Source: Auanema rhodensis (lineage: Eukaryota; Animalia; Nematoda). Taken from it: DNA of 64,000 nucleotides. Below are positions 1 through 12,500 of this stretch, piece by piece. The notes beneath the pieces are model-generated. The model worked only from the letters and a program-made list of their open reading frames with translations. It was not told where the DNA came from and did no database searches. Position 1 is the first letter of the stretch, and each line of letters begins with the position of its first letter. The stretch spans positions 18,662,001-18,726,000 of the forward strand of contig OZ059894.1 of NCBI GenBank assembly GCA_964057225.1, in the 5' to 3' direction. Position numbers and translations under genes: made by a program.

Positions 1-33
1 TTTCCATGTACACTCAACATTGCTTCCAAAAAC

Positions 34-68
34 ATTTTGACAAAAATTTTTTCGAAAAATTTCAAAAT
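34..68. other. A/T-tract palindrome centred on TTCGAA
   Basis: TTTTTCGAAAAA (48-59) is a perfect 12-bp palindrome, flanked by ATTTTGA 34-40 / TCAAAAT 62-68. Confidence 0.85.
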
Positions 69-205
69 AATTTAGCAAAAAGTAGATGTTTTTAGATTCC
101 TTTTTTCAAGGCAAAGACGATGGACAATGTTATTCAACGAAAAAATTAATTCTTCAGGGTGAAAATCGAGGATAGAAGTGTGAACTTATATCAGTTGATA
201 TCTCG

Positions 206-275
206 GTGCATTTTTAAGCTAGCGCAAATCTGATAACACAGATCGACGCAGCTTAAAAATCCGCATCGAATGCAC
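206..275. other. Long imperfect inverted repeat (hairpin/cruciform potential), present in every monomer
   Basis: ATTTTTAAGCT (210-220) is the reverse complement of AGCTTAAAAAT (250-260). Inner GCG 222-224 pairs with CGC 247-249 and ATCTG 228-232 with CAGAT 239-243. Alternative outer pairing GTGCATT 206-212 / AATGCAC 269-275. Confidence 0.9.
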
Positions 276-343
276 TATACTACATTGAGAAACGCTTAAA
301 ACAAAAATTAGTTATGATCGTTTGAAAAATGATGCATTAGTGT

Positions 344-371
344 ATGTTGAGTTTCCATGTACACTCAACAT
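344..371. other. 9-bp inverted repeat spanning the arbitrary monomer junction
   Basis: ATGTTGAGT (344-352) / ACTCAACAT (363-371) with a 10-nt spacer. Competing pairing AGTGTA 339-344 / TACACT 360-365. Confidence 0.85.
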
Positions 372-521
372 TGCTTCCAAAAACATTTTGACAAAAATTT
401 TTTCGAAAAATTTCAAAATAATTTAGCAAAAAGTAGATGTTTTTAGATTCCTTTTTTCAAGGCAAAAACGATGGACAATGTTATTCAACGAAAAAAATAA
501 TTCTTCAGGGTGAAAATCGAG

Positions 522-543
522 GATATAAGTGTGAACTTATATC
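522..543. other. 9-bp perfect stem with 4-nt loop (monomer positions 171-192), shown for copy 2
   Basis: GATATAAGT-GTGA-ACTTATATC read directly from the sequence. Confidence 0.9.
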
Positions 544-3500
544 AGTTGATATCTCGGTGCATTTTTAAGCTAGCGCAAATCTATTAACACAGATCAACGC
601 AGCTTAAAAATCCGCATCGAATGCACTATACTACATTGAGAAACGCTTAAAACAAAAATTAGTTATGATCGTTTGAAAAATGATGCATTAGTGTATGTTG
701 AGTTTCCATGTACACTCAACATTGCTTCCAAAAACATTTTGACAAAAATTTTTTCGAAAAATTTCAAAATAATTTAGCAAAAAGTAGATGTTTTTAGATT
801 CCTTTTTTCAAGGCAAAAACGATGGACAATGTTATTCAACGAAAAAAATAATTCTTCAGGGTGAAAATCGAGGATATAAGTGTGAACTTATATCAGTTGA
901 TATCTCGGTGCATTTTTAAGCTAGCGCAAATCTGATAACACAGATCGACGCAGCTTAAAAATTCGCATCGAATGCACTATACTACATTGAGAAACGCTTA
1001 ATACAAAAATTAGTTATGATCGTTTGAAAAATGATGCATTAGTGTATGTTGAGTTTCCATGTACACTCAACATTGCTTCCAAAAACATTTTGACAAAAAT
1101 TTTTTCGAAAAATTTCAAAATAATTTAGCAAAAAGTAGATGTTTTTAGATTCCTTTTTTCAAGGCAAAGACGATGGACAATGTTATTCAACGAAAAAATT
1201 AATTCTTCAGGGTGAAAATCGAGGATAGAAGTGTGAACTTATATCAGTTGATATCTCGGTGCATTTTTAAGCTAGCGCAAATCTATTAACACAGATCAAC
1301 GCAGCTTAAAAATCCGCATCGAATGCACTATACTACATTGAGAAACGCTTAAAACAAAAATTAGTTATGATCGTTTGAAAAATGATGCATTAGTGTATGT
1401 TGAGTTTCCATGTACACTCAACATTGCTTCCAAAAACATTTTGACAAAAATTTTTTCGAAAAATTTCAAAATAATTTAGCAAAAAGTAGATGTTTTTAGA
1501 TTCCTTTTTTCAAGGCAAAAACGATGGACAATGTTATTCAACGAAAAAAATAATTCTTCAGGGTGAAAATCGAGGATATAAGTGTGAACTTATATCAGTT
1601 GATATCTCGGTGCATTTTTAAGCTAGCGCAAATCTGATAACACAGATCGACGCAGCTTAAAAATTCGCATCGAATGCACTATACTACATTGAGAAACGCT
1701 TAATACAAAAATTAGTTATGATCGTTTGAAAAATGATGCATTAGTGTATGTTGAGTTTCCATGTACACTCAACATTGCTTCCAAAAACATTTTGACAAAA
1801 ATTTTTTCGAAAAATTTCAAAATAATTTAGCAAAAAGTAGATGTTTTTAGATTCCTTTTTTCAAGGCAAAGACGATGGACAATGTTATTCAACGAAAAAA
1901 TTAATTCTTCAGGGTGAAAATCGAGGATAGAAGTGTGAACTTATATCAGTTGATATCTCGGTGCATTTTTAAGCTAGCGCAAATCTGATAACACAGATCG
2001 ACGCAGCTTAAAAATCCGCATCGAATGCACTATACTACATTGAGAAACGCTTAAAACAAAAATTAGTTATGATCGTTTGAAAAATGATGCATTAGTGTAT
2101 GTTGAGTTTCCATGTACACTCAACATTGCTTCCAAAAACATTTTGACAAAAATTTTTTCGAAAAATTTCAAAATAATTTAGCAAAAAGTAGATGTTTTTA
2201 GATTCCTTTTTTCAAGGCAAAAACGATGGACAATGTTATTCAACGAAAAAAATAATTCTTCAGGGTGAAAATCGAGGATATAAGTGTGAACTTATATCAG
2301 TTGATATCTCGGTGCATTTTTAAGCTAGCGCAAATCTGATAACACAGATCAACGCAGCTTAAAAATCCGCATCGAATGCACTATACTACATTGAGAAACG
2401 CTTAAAACAAAAATTAGTTATGATCGTTTGAAAAATGATGCATTAGTGTATGTTGAGTTTCCATGTACACTCAACATTGCTTCCAAAAACATTTTGACAA
2501 AAATTTTTTCGAAAAATTTCAAAATAATTTAGCAAAAAGTAGATGTTTTTAGATTCCTTTTTTCAAGGCAAAAACGATGGACAATGTTATTCAACGAAAA
2601 AAATAATTCTTCAGGGTGAAAATCGAGGATAGAAGTGTGAACTTATATCAGTTGATATCTCGGTGCATTTTTAAGCTAGCGCAAATCTATTAACACAGAT
2701 CAACGCAGCTTAAAAATTCGCATCGAATGCACTATACTACATTGAGAAACGCTTAATACAAAAATTAGTTATGATCGTTTGAAAAATGATGCATTAGTGT
2801 ATGTTGAGTTTCCATGTACACTCAACATTGCTTCCAAAAACATTTTGACAAAAATTTTTTCGAAAAATTTCAAAATAATTTAGCAAAAAGTAGATGTTTT
2901 TAGATTCCTTTTTTCAAGGCAAAAACGATGGACAATGTTATTCAACGAAAAAAATAATTCTTCAGGGTGAAAATCGAGGATATAAGTGTGAACTTATATC
3001 AGTTGATATCTCGGTGCATTTTTAAGCTAGCGCAAATCTATTAACACAGATCAACGCAGCTTAAAAATTCGCATCGAATGCACTATACTACATTGAGAAA
3101 CGCTTAATACAAAAATTAGTTATGATCGTTTGAAAAATGATGCATTAGTGTATGTTGAGTTTCCATGTACACTCAACATTGCTTCCAAAAACATTTTGAC
3201 AAAAATTTTTTCGAAAAATTTCAAAATAATTTAGCAAAAAGTAGATGTTTTTAGATTCCTTTTTTCAAGGCAAAGACGATGGACAATGTTATTCAACGAA
3301 AAAATTAATTCTTCAGGGTGAAAATCGAGGATAGAAGTGTGAACTTATATCAGTTGATATCTCGGTGCATTTTTAAGCTAGCGCAAATCTGATAACACAG
3401 ATCGACGCAGCTTAAAAATCCGCATCGAATGCACTATACTACATTGAGAAACGCTTAAAACAAAAATTAGTTATGATCGTTTGAAAAATGATGCATTAGT

Positions 3501-6500
3501 GTATGTTGAGTTTCCATGTACACTCAACATTGCTTCCAAAAACATTTTGACAAAAATTTTTTCGAAAAATTTCAAAATAATTTAGCAAAAAGTAGATGTT
3601 TTTAGATTCCTTTTTTCAAGGCAAAAACGATGGACAATGTTATTCAACGAAAAAAATAATTCTTCAGGGTGAAAATCGAGGATATAAGTGTGAACTTATA
3701 TCAGTTGATATCTCGGTGCATTTTTAAGCTAGCGCAAATCTGATAACACAGATCAACGCAGCTTAAAAATCCGCATCGAATGCACTATACTACATTGAGA
3801 AACGCTTAAAACAAAAATTAGTTATGATCGTTTGAAAAATGATGCATTAGTGTATGTTGAGTTTCCATGTACACTCAACATTGCTTCCAAAAACATTTTG
3901 ACAAAAATTTTTTCGAAAAATTTCAAAATAATTTAGCAAAAAGTAGATGTTTTTAGATTCCTTTTTTCAAGGCAAAAACGATGGACAATGTTATTCAACG
4001 AAAAAAATAATTCTTCAGGGTGAAAATCGAGGATAGAAGTGTGAACTTATATCAGTTGATATCTCGGTGCATTTTTAAGCTAGCGCAAATCTATTAACAC
4101 AGATCAACGCAGCTTAAAAATTCGCATCGAATGCACTATACTACATTGAGAAACGCTTAATACAAAAATTAGTTATGATCGTTTGAAAAATGATGCATTA
4201 GTGTATGTTGAGTTTCCATGTACACTCAACATTGCTTCCAAAAACATTTTGACAAAAATTTTTTCGAAAAATTTCAAAATAATTTAGCAAAAAGTAGATG
4301 TTTTTAGATTCCTTTTTTCAAGGCAAAAACGATGGACAATGTTATTCAACGAAAAAAATAATTCTTCAGGGTGAAAATCGAGGATATAAGTGTGAACTTA
4401 TATCAGTTGATATCTCGGTGCATTTTTAAGCTAGCGCAAATCTATTAACACAGATCAACGCAGCTTAAAAATTCGCATCGAATGCACTATACTACATTGA
4501 GAAACGCTTAATACAAAAATTAGTTATGATCGTTTGAAAAATGATGCATTAGTGTATGTTGAGTTTCCATGTACACTCAACATTGCTTCCAAAAACATTT
4601 TGACAAAAATTTTTTCGAAAAATTTCAAAATAATTTAGCAAAAAGTAGATGTTTTTAGATTCCTTTTTTCAAGGCAAAAACGATGGACAATGTTATTCAA
4701 CGAAAAAAATAATTCTTCAGGGTGAAAATCGAGGATATAAGTGTGAACTTATATCAGTTGATATCTCGGTGCATTTTTAAGCTAGCGCAAATCTGATAAC
4801 ACAGATCGACGCAGCTTAAAAATTCGCATCGAATGCACTATACTACATTGAGAAACGCTTAATACAAAAATTAGTTATGATCGTTTGAAAAATGATGCAT
4901 TAGTGTATGTTGAGTTTCCATGTACACTCAACATTGCTTCCAAAAACATTTTGACAAAAATTTTTTCGAAAAATTTCAAAATAATTTAGCAAAAAGTAGA
5001 TGTTTTTAGATTCCTTTTTTCAAGGCAAAGACGATGGACAATGTTATTCAACGAAAAAATTAATTCTTCAGGGTGAAAATCGAGGATAGAAGTGTGAACT
5101 TATATCAGTTGATATCTCGGTGCATTTTTAAGCTAGCGCAAATCTATTAACACAGATCAACGCAGCTTAAAAATCCGCATCGAATGCACTATACTACATT
5201 GAGAAACGCTTAAAACAAAAATTAGTTATGATCGTTTGAAAAATGATGCATTAGTGTATGTTGAGTTTCCATGTACACTCAACATTGCTTCCAAAAACAT
5301 TTTGACAAAAATTTTTTCGAAAAATTTCAAAATAATTTAGCAAAAAGTAGATGTTTTTAGATTCCTTTTTTCAAGGCAAAAACGATGGACAATGTTATTC
5401 AACGAAAAAAATAATTCTTCAGGGTGAAAATCGAGGATATAAGTGTGAACTTATATCAGTTGATATCTCGGTGCATTTTTAAGCTAGCGCAAATCTGATA
5501 ACACAGATCAACGCAGCTTAAAAATCCGCATCGAATGCACTATACTACATTGAGAAACGCTTAAAACAAAAATTAGTTATGATCGTTTGAAAAATGATGC
5601 ATTAGTGTATGTTGAGTTTCCATGTACACTCAACATTGCTTCCAAAAACATTTTGACAAAAATTTTTTCGAAAAATTTCAAAATAATTTAGCAAAAAGTA
5701 GATGTTTTTAGATTCCTTTTTTCAAGGCAAAAACGATGGACAATGTTATTCAACGAAAAAAATAATTCTTCAGGGTGAAAATCGAGGATAGAAGTGTGAA
5801 CTTATATCAGTTGATATCTCGGTGCATTTTTAAGCTAGCGCAAATCTATTAACACAGATCAACGCAGCTTAAAAATTCGCATCGAATGCACTATACTACA
5901 TTGAGAAACGCTTAATACAAAAATTAGTTATGATCGTTTGAAAAATGATGCATTAGTGTATGTTGAGTTTCCATGTACACTCAACATTGCTTCCAAAAAC
6001 ATTTTGACAAAAATTTTTTCGAAAAATTTCAAAATAATTTAGCAAAAAGTAGATGTTTTTAGATTCCTTTTTTCAAGGCAAAAACGATGGACAATGTTAT
6101 TCAACGAAAAAAATAATTCTTCAGGGTGAAAATCGAGGATATAAGTGTGAACTTATATCAGTTGATATCTCGGTGCATTTTTAAGCTAGCGCAAATCTAT
6201 TAACACAGATCAACGCAGCTTAAAAATTCGCATCGAATGCACTATACTACATTGAGAAACGCTTAATACAAAAATTAGTTATGATCGTTTGAAAAATGAT
6301 GCATTAGTGTATGTTGAGTTTCCATGTACACTCAACATTGCTTCCAAAAACATTTTGACAAAAATTTTTTCGAAAAATTTCAAAATAATTTAGCAAAAAG
6401 TAGATGTTTTTAGATTCCTTTTTTCAAGGCAAAAACGATGGACAATGTTATTCAACGAAAAAAATAATTCTTCAGGGTGAAAATCGAGGATATAAGTGTG

Positions 6501-9500
6501 AACTTATATCAGTTGATATCTCGGTGCATTTTTAAGCTAGCGCAAATCTGATAACACAGATCGACGCAGCTTAAAAATTCGCATCGAATGCACTATACTA
6601 CATTGAGAAACGCTTAATACAAAAATTAGTTATGATCGTTTGAAAAATGATGCATTAGTGTATGTTGAGTTTCCATGTACACTCAACATTGCTTCCAAAA
6701 ACATTTTGACAAAAATTTTTTCGAAAAATTTCAAAATAATTTAGCAAAAAGTAGATGTTTTTAGATTCCTTTTTTCAAGGCAAAGACGATGGACAATGTT
6801 ATTCAACGAAAAAATTAATTCTTCAGGGTGAAAATCGAGGATAGAAGTGTGAACTTATATCAGTTGATATCTCGGTGCATTTTTAAGCTAGCGCAAATCT
6901 ATTAACACAGATCAACGCAGCTTAAAAATCCGCATCGAATGCACTATACTACATTGAGAAACGCTTAAAACAAAAATTAGTTATGATCGTTTGAAAAATG
7001 ATGCATTAGTGTATGTTGAGTTTCCATGTACACTCAACATTGCTTCCAAAAACATTTTGACAAAAATTTTTTCGAAAAATTTCAAAATAATTTAGCAAAA
7101 AGTAGATGTTTTTAGATTCCTTTTTTCAAGGCAAAAACGATGGACAATGTTATTCAACGAAAAAAATAATTCTTCAGGGTGAAAATCGAGGATATAAGTG
7201 TGAACTTATATCAGTTGATATCTCGGTGCATTTTTAAGCTAGCGCAAATCTGATAACACAGATCGACGCAGCTTAAAAATTCGCATCGAATGCACTATAC
7301 TACATTGAGAAACGCTTAATACAAAAATTAGTTATGATCGTTTGAAAAATGATGCATTAGTGTATGTTGAGTTTCCATGTACACTCAACATTGCTTCCAA
7401 AAACATTTTGACAAAAATTTTTTCGAAAAATTTCAAAATAATTTAGCAAAAAGTAGATGTTTTTAGATTCCTTTTTTCAAGGCAAAGACGATGGACAATG
7501 TTATTCAACGAAAAAATTAATTCTTCAGGGTGAAAATCGAGGATAGAAGTGTGAACTTATATCAGTTGATATCTCGGTGCATTTTTAAGCTAGCGCAAAT
7601 CTGATAACACAGATCGACGCAGCTTAAAAATCCGCATCGAATGCACTATACTACATTGAGAAACGCTTAAAACAAAAATTAGTTATGATCGTTTGAAAAA
7701 TGATGCATTAGTGTATGTTGAGTTTCCATGTACACTCAACATTGCTTCCAAAAACATTTTGACAAAAATTTTTTCGAAAAATTTCAAAATAATTTAGCAA
7801 AAAGTAGATGTTTTTAGATTCCTTTTTTCAAGGCAAAAACGATGGACAATGTTATTCAACGAAAAAAATAATTCTTCAGGGTGAAAATCGAGGATATAAG
7901 TGTGAACTTATATCAGTTGATATCTCGGTGCATTTTTAAGCTAGCGCAAATCTGATAACACAGATCAACGCAGCTTAAAAATCCGCATCGAATGCACTAT
8001 ACTACATTGAGAAACGCTTAAAACAAAAATTAGTTATGATCGTTTGAAAAATGATGCATTAGTGTATGTTGAGTTTCCATGTACACTCAACATTGCTTCC
8101 AAAAACATTTTGACAAAAATTTTTTCGAAAAATTTCAAAATAATTTAGCAAAAAGTAGATGTTTTTAGATTCCTTTTTTCAAGGCAAAAACGATGGACAA
8201 TGTTATTCAACGAAAAAAATAATTCTTCAGGGTGAAAATCGAGGATATAAGTGTGAACTTATATCAGTTGATATCTCGGTGCATTTTTAAGCTAGCGCAA
8301 ATCTGATAACACAGATCGACGCAGCTTAAAAATTCGCATCGAATGCACTATACTACATTGAGAAACGCTTAATACAAAAATTAGTTATGATCGTTTGAAA
8401 AATGATGCATTAGTGTATGTTGAGTTTCCATGTACACTCAACATTGCTTCCAAAAACATTTTGACAAAAATTTTTTCGAAAAATTTCAAAATAATTTAGC
8501 AAAAAGTAGATGTTTTTAGATTCCTTTTTTCAAGGCAAAGACGATGGACAATGTTATTCAACGAAAAAATTAATTCTTCAGGGTGAAAATCGAGGATAGA
8601 AGTGTGAACTTATATCAGTTGATATCTCGGTGCATTTTTAAGCTAGCGCAAATCTATTAACACAGATCAACGCAGCTTAAAAATCCGCATCGAATGCACT
8701 ATACTACATTGAGAAACGCTTAAAACAAAAATTAGTTATGATCGTTTGAAAAATGATGCATTAGTGTATGTTGAGTTTCCATGTACACTCAACATTGCTT
8801 CCAAAAACATTTTGACAAAAATTTTTTCGAAAAATTTCAAAATAATTTAGCAAAAAGTAGATGTTTTTAGATTCCTTTTTTCAAGGCAAAAACGATGGAC
8901 AATGTTATTCAACGAAAAAAATAATTCTTCAGGGTGAAAATCGAGGATATAAGTGTGAACTTATATCAGTTGATATCTCGGTGCATTTTTAAGCTAGCGC
9001 AAATCTGATAACACAGATCGACGCAGCTTAAAAATTCGCATCGAATGCACTATACTACATTGAGAAACGCTTAATACAAAAATTAGTTATGATCGTTTGA
9101 AAAATGATGCATTAGTGTATGTTGAGTTTCCATGTACACTCAACATTGCTTCCAAAAACATTTTGACAAAAATTTTTTCGAAAAATTTCAAAATAATTTA
9201 GCAAAAAGTAGATGTTTTTAGATTCCTTTTTTCAAGGCAAAGACGATGGACAATGTTATTCAACGAAAAAATTAATTCTTCAGGGTGAAAATCGAGGATA
9301 GAAGTGTGAACTTATATCAGTTGATATCTCGGTGCATTTTTAAGCTAGCGCAAATCTATTAACACAGATCAACGCAGCTTAAAAATCCGCATCGAATGCA
9401 CTATACTACATTGAGAAACGCTTAAAACAAAAATTAGTTATGATCGTTTGAAAAATGATGCATTAGTGTATGTTGAGTTTCCATGTACACTCAACATTGC

Positions 9501-12500
9501 TTCCAAAAACATTTTGACAAAAATTTTTTCGAAAAATTTCAAAATAATTTAGCAAAAAGTAGATGTTTTTAGATTCCTTTTTTCAAGGCAAAAACGATGG
9601 ACAATGTTATTCAACGAAAAAAATAATTCTTCAGGGTGAAAATCGAGGATATAAGTGTGAACTTATATCAGTTGATATCTCGGTGCATTTTTAAGCTAGC
9701 GCAAATCTGATAACACAGATCGACGCAGCTTAAAAATTCGCATCGAATGCACTATACTACATTGAGAAACGCTTAATACAAAAATTAGTTATGATCGTTT
9801 GAAAAATGATGCATTAGTGTATGTTGAGTTTCCATGTACACTCAACATTGCTTCCAAAAACATTTTGACAAAAATTTTTTCGAAAAATTTCAAAATAATT
9901 TAGCAAAAAGTAGATGTTTTTAGATTCCTTTTTTTAAGGCAAAGACGATGGACAATGTTATTCAACGAAAAAATTAATTCTTCAGGGTGAAAATCGAGGA
10001 TATAAGTGTGAACTTATATCAGTTGATATCTCGGTGCATTTTTAAGCTAGCGCAAATCTGATAACACAGATCGACGCAGCTTAAAAATCCGCATCGAATG
10101 CACTATACTACATTGAGAAACGCTTAAAACAAAAATTAGTTATGATCGTTTGAAAAATGATGCATTAGTGTATGTTGAGTTTCCATGTACACTCAACATT
10201 GCTTCCAAAAACATTTTGACAAAAATTTTTTCGAAAAATTTCAAAATAATTTAGCAAAAAGTAGATGTTTTTAGATTCCTTTTTTCAAGGCAAAAACGAT
10301 GGACAATGTTATTCAACGAAAAAAATAATTCTTCAGGGTGAAAATCGAGGATATAAGTGTGAACTTATATCAGTTGATATCTCGGTGCATTTTTAAGCTA
10401 GCGCAAATCTGATAACACAGATCGACGCAGCTTAAAAATTCGCATCGAATGCACTATACTACATTGAGAAACGCTTAATACAAAAATTAGTTATGATCGT
10501 TTGAAAAATGATGCATTAGTGTATGTTGAGTTTCCATGTACACTCAACATTGCTTCCAAAAACATTTTGACAAAAATTTTTTCGAAAAATTTCAAAATAA
10601 TTTAGCAAAAAGTAGATGTTTTTAGATTCCTTTTTTCAAGGCAAAGACGATGGACAATGTTATTCAACGAAAAAACTAATTCTTCAGGGTGAAAATCGAG
10701 GATAGAAGTGTGAACTTATATCAGTTGATATCTCGGTGCATTTTTAAGCTAGCGCAAATCTGATAACACAGATCGACGCAGCTTAAAAATCCGCATCGAA
10801 TGCACTATACTACATTGAGAAACGCTTAAAACAAAAATTAGTTATGATCGTTTGAAAAATGATGCATTAGTGTATGTTGAGTTTCCATGTACACTCAACA
10901 TTGCTTCCAAAAACATTTTGACAAAAATTTTTTCGAAAAATTTCAAAATAATTTAGCAAAAAGTAGATGTTTTTAGATTCCTTTTTTCAAGGCAAAAACG
11001 ATGGACAATGTTATTCAACGAAAAAAATAATTCTTCAGGGTGAAAATCGAGGATATAAGTGTGAACTTATATCAGTTGATATCTCGGTGCATTTTTAAGC
11101 TAGCGCAAATCTGATAACACAGATCGACGCAGCTTAAAAATTCGCATCGAATGCACTATACTACATTGAGAAACGCTTAATACAAAAATTAGTTATGATC
11201 GTTTGAAAAATGATGCATTAGTGTATGTTGAGTTTCCATGTACACTCAACATTGCTTCCAAAAACATTTTGACAAAAATTTTTTCGAAAAATTTCAAAAT
11301 AATTTAGCAAAAAGTAGATGTTTTTAGATTCCTTTTTTCAAGGCAAAGACGATGGACAATGTTATTCAACGAAAAAATTAATTCTTCAGGGTGAAAATCG
11401 AGGATATAAGTGTGAACTTATATCAGTTGATATCTCGGTGCATTTTTAAGCTAGCGCAAATCTGATAACACAGATCGACGCAGCTTAAAAATTCGCATCG
11501 AATGCACTATACTACATTGAGAAACGCTTAATACAAAAATTAGTTATGATCGTTTGAAAAATGATGCATTAGTGTATGTTGAGTTTCCATGTACACTCAA
11601 CATTGCTTCCAAAAACATTTTGACAAAAATTTTTTCGAAAAATTTCAAAATAATTTAGCAAAAAGTAGATGTTTTTAGATTCCTTTTTTCAAGGCAAAGA
11701 CGATGGACAATGTTATTCAACGAAAAAATTAATTCTTCAGGGTGAAAATCGAGGATATAAGTGTAAACTTATATCAGTTGATATCTCGGTGCATTTTTAA
11801 GCTAGCGCAAATCTGATAACACAGATCGACGCAGCTTAAAAATCCGCATCGAATGCACTATACTACATTGAGAAACGCTTAATACAAAAATTAGTTATGA
11901 TCGTTTGAAAAATGATGCATTAGTGTATGTTGAGTTTCCATGTACACTCAACATTGCTTCCAAAAACATTTTGACAAAAATTTTTTCGAAAAATTTCAAA
12001 ATAATTTAGCAAAAAGTAGATGTTTTTAGATTCCTTTTTTCAAGGCAAAGACGATGGACAATGTTATTCAACGAAAAAATTAATTCTTCAGGGTGAAAAT
12101 CGAGGATATAAGTGTAAACTTATATCAGTTGATATCTCGGTGCATTTTTAAGCTAGCGCAAATCTGATAACACAGATCGACGCAGCTTAAAAATCCGCAT
12201 CGAATGCACTATACTACATTGAGAAACGCTTAATACAAAAATTAGTTATGATCGTTTGAAAAATGATGCATTAGTGTATGTTGAGTTTCCATGTACACTC
12301 AACATTGCTTCCAAAAACATTTTGACAAAAATTTTTTCGAAAAATTTCAAAATAATTTAGCAAAAAGTAGATGTTTTTAGATTCCTTTTTTTAAGGCGAA
12401 GACGATGGACAATGTTATTCAACGAAAAAATTAATTCTTCAGGGTGAAAATCGAGGATATAAGTGTGAACTTATATCAGTTGATATCTCGGTGCATTTTT

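Larger units (their letters stand above)
1..351. repeat. Representative 351-bp monomer (arbitrary phase), ~31% GC, rich in A/T tracts
   Basis: Hand count of the consensus gives 53 C + 57 G in 351 bp and 12 CpG. A/T runs at m28-32, 42-52, 55-62, 77-81, 89-93, 101-106, 140-145, 211-215, 255-259. Confidence 0.97.
1..11232. repeat. Haplotype domain 1 (M1-32)
   Basis: Variants G116A, T146A, T175G, GA232-233AT, G245A, C261T and T300A segregate here. T175G and G232A were not seen downstream. Confidence 0.85.

Noticed and set aside
50-66. CENP-B box-like TTCG....A motif
   Set aside because: It lacks the required CGGG (has TCAA).
6-95. Short ORF MYTQHCFQKHFDKNFFEKFQNNLAKSRCF (29 aa) in each monomer
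   Set aside because: Chance-length ORF with no recognisable motif or expression signals.
100-160. Hammerhead ribozyme core CUGAAGA on the - strand (TCTTCAG 151-157), as in newt, schistosome and cave-cricket satellites
   Set aside because: I could not build stem II closing onto a GAAA, or stems I/III. The + strand CTGATAA (230-236) also deviates from CUGANGA. An Infernal/RNAMotif scan would settle it.
167-223. Helitron-like 3' end (hairpin followed by CTAG at 219-222)
   Set aside because: The hairpin is AT-rich, CTAG is followed by C and sits inside another stem, and no element boundary is visible.
53-261. Methyl-cytosine deamination signature (C53T, G54A, C167T, C204T, G245A at CpG; 232, 251, 261 at CHG)
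   Set aside because: Only 5 of about 17 C>T/G>A variants are at CpG versus about 3.7 expected, and CpG is not depleted (12 observed, about 8.6 expected).
1-351. 351 bp = 117 codons, so the array could encode a giant repeat protein
   Set aside because: All six frames stop in every monomer (+ strand TAG 73-75, TGA 38-40, TAG 93-95; - strand stops at TCA 14, TTA 72, TCA 106).
1-351. Internal ~175-bp dimer structure, or assignment to a named ~350-360-bp satellite family (e.g. Drosophila 1.688, Tribolium or cucurbit satellites)
   Set aside because: I saw no convincing half-to-half alignment and recognised no sequence match. Similar length alone is not evidence; BLAST is needed.
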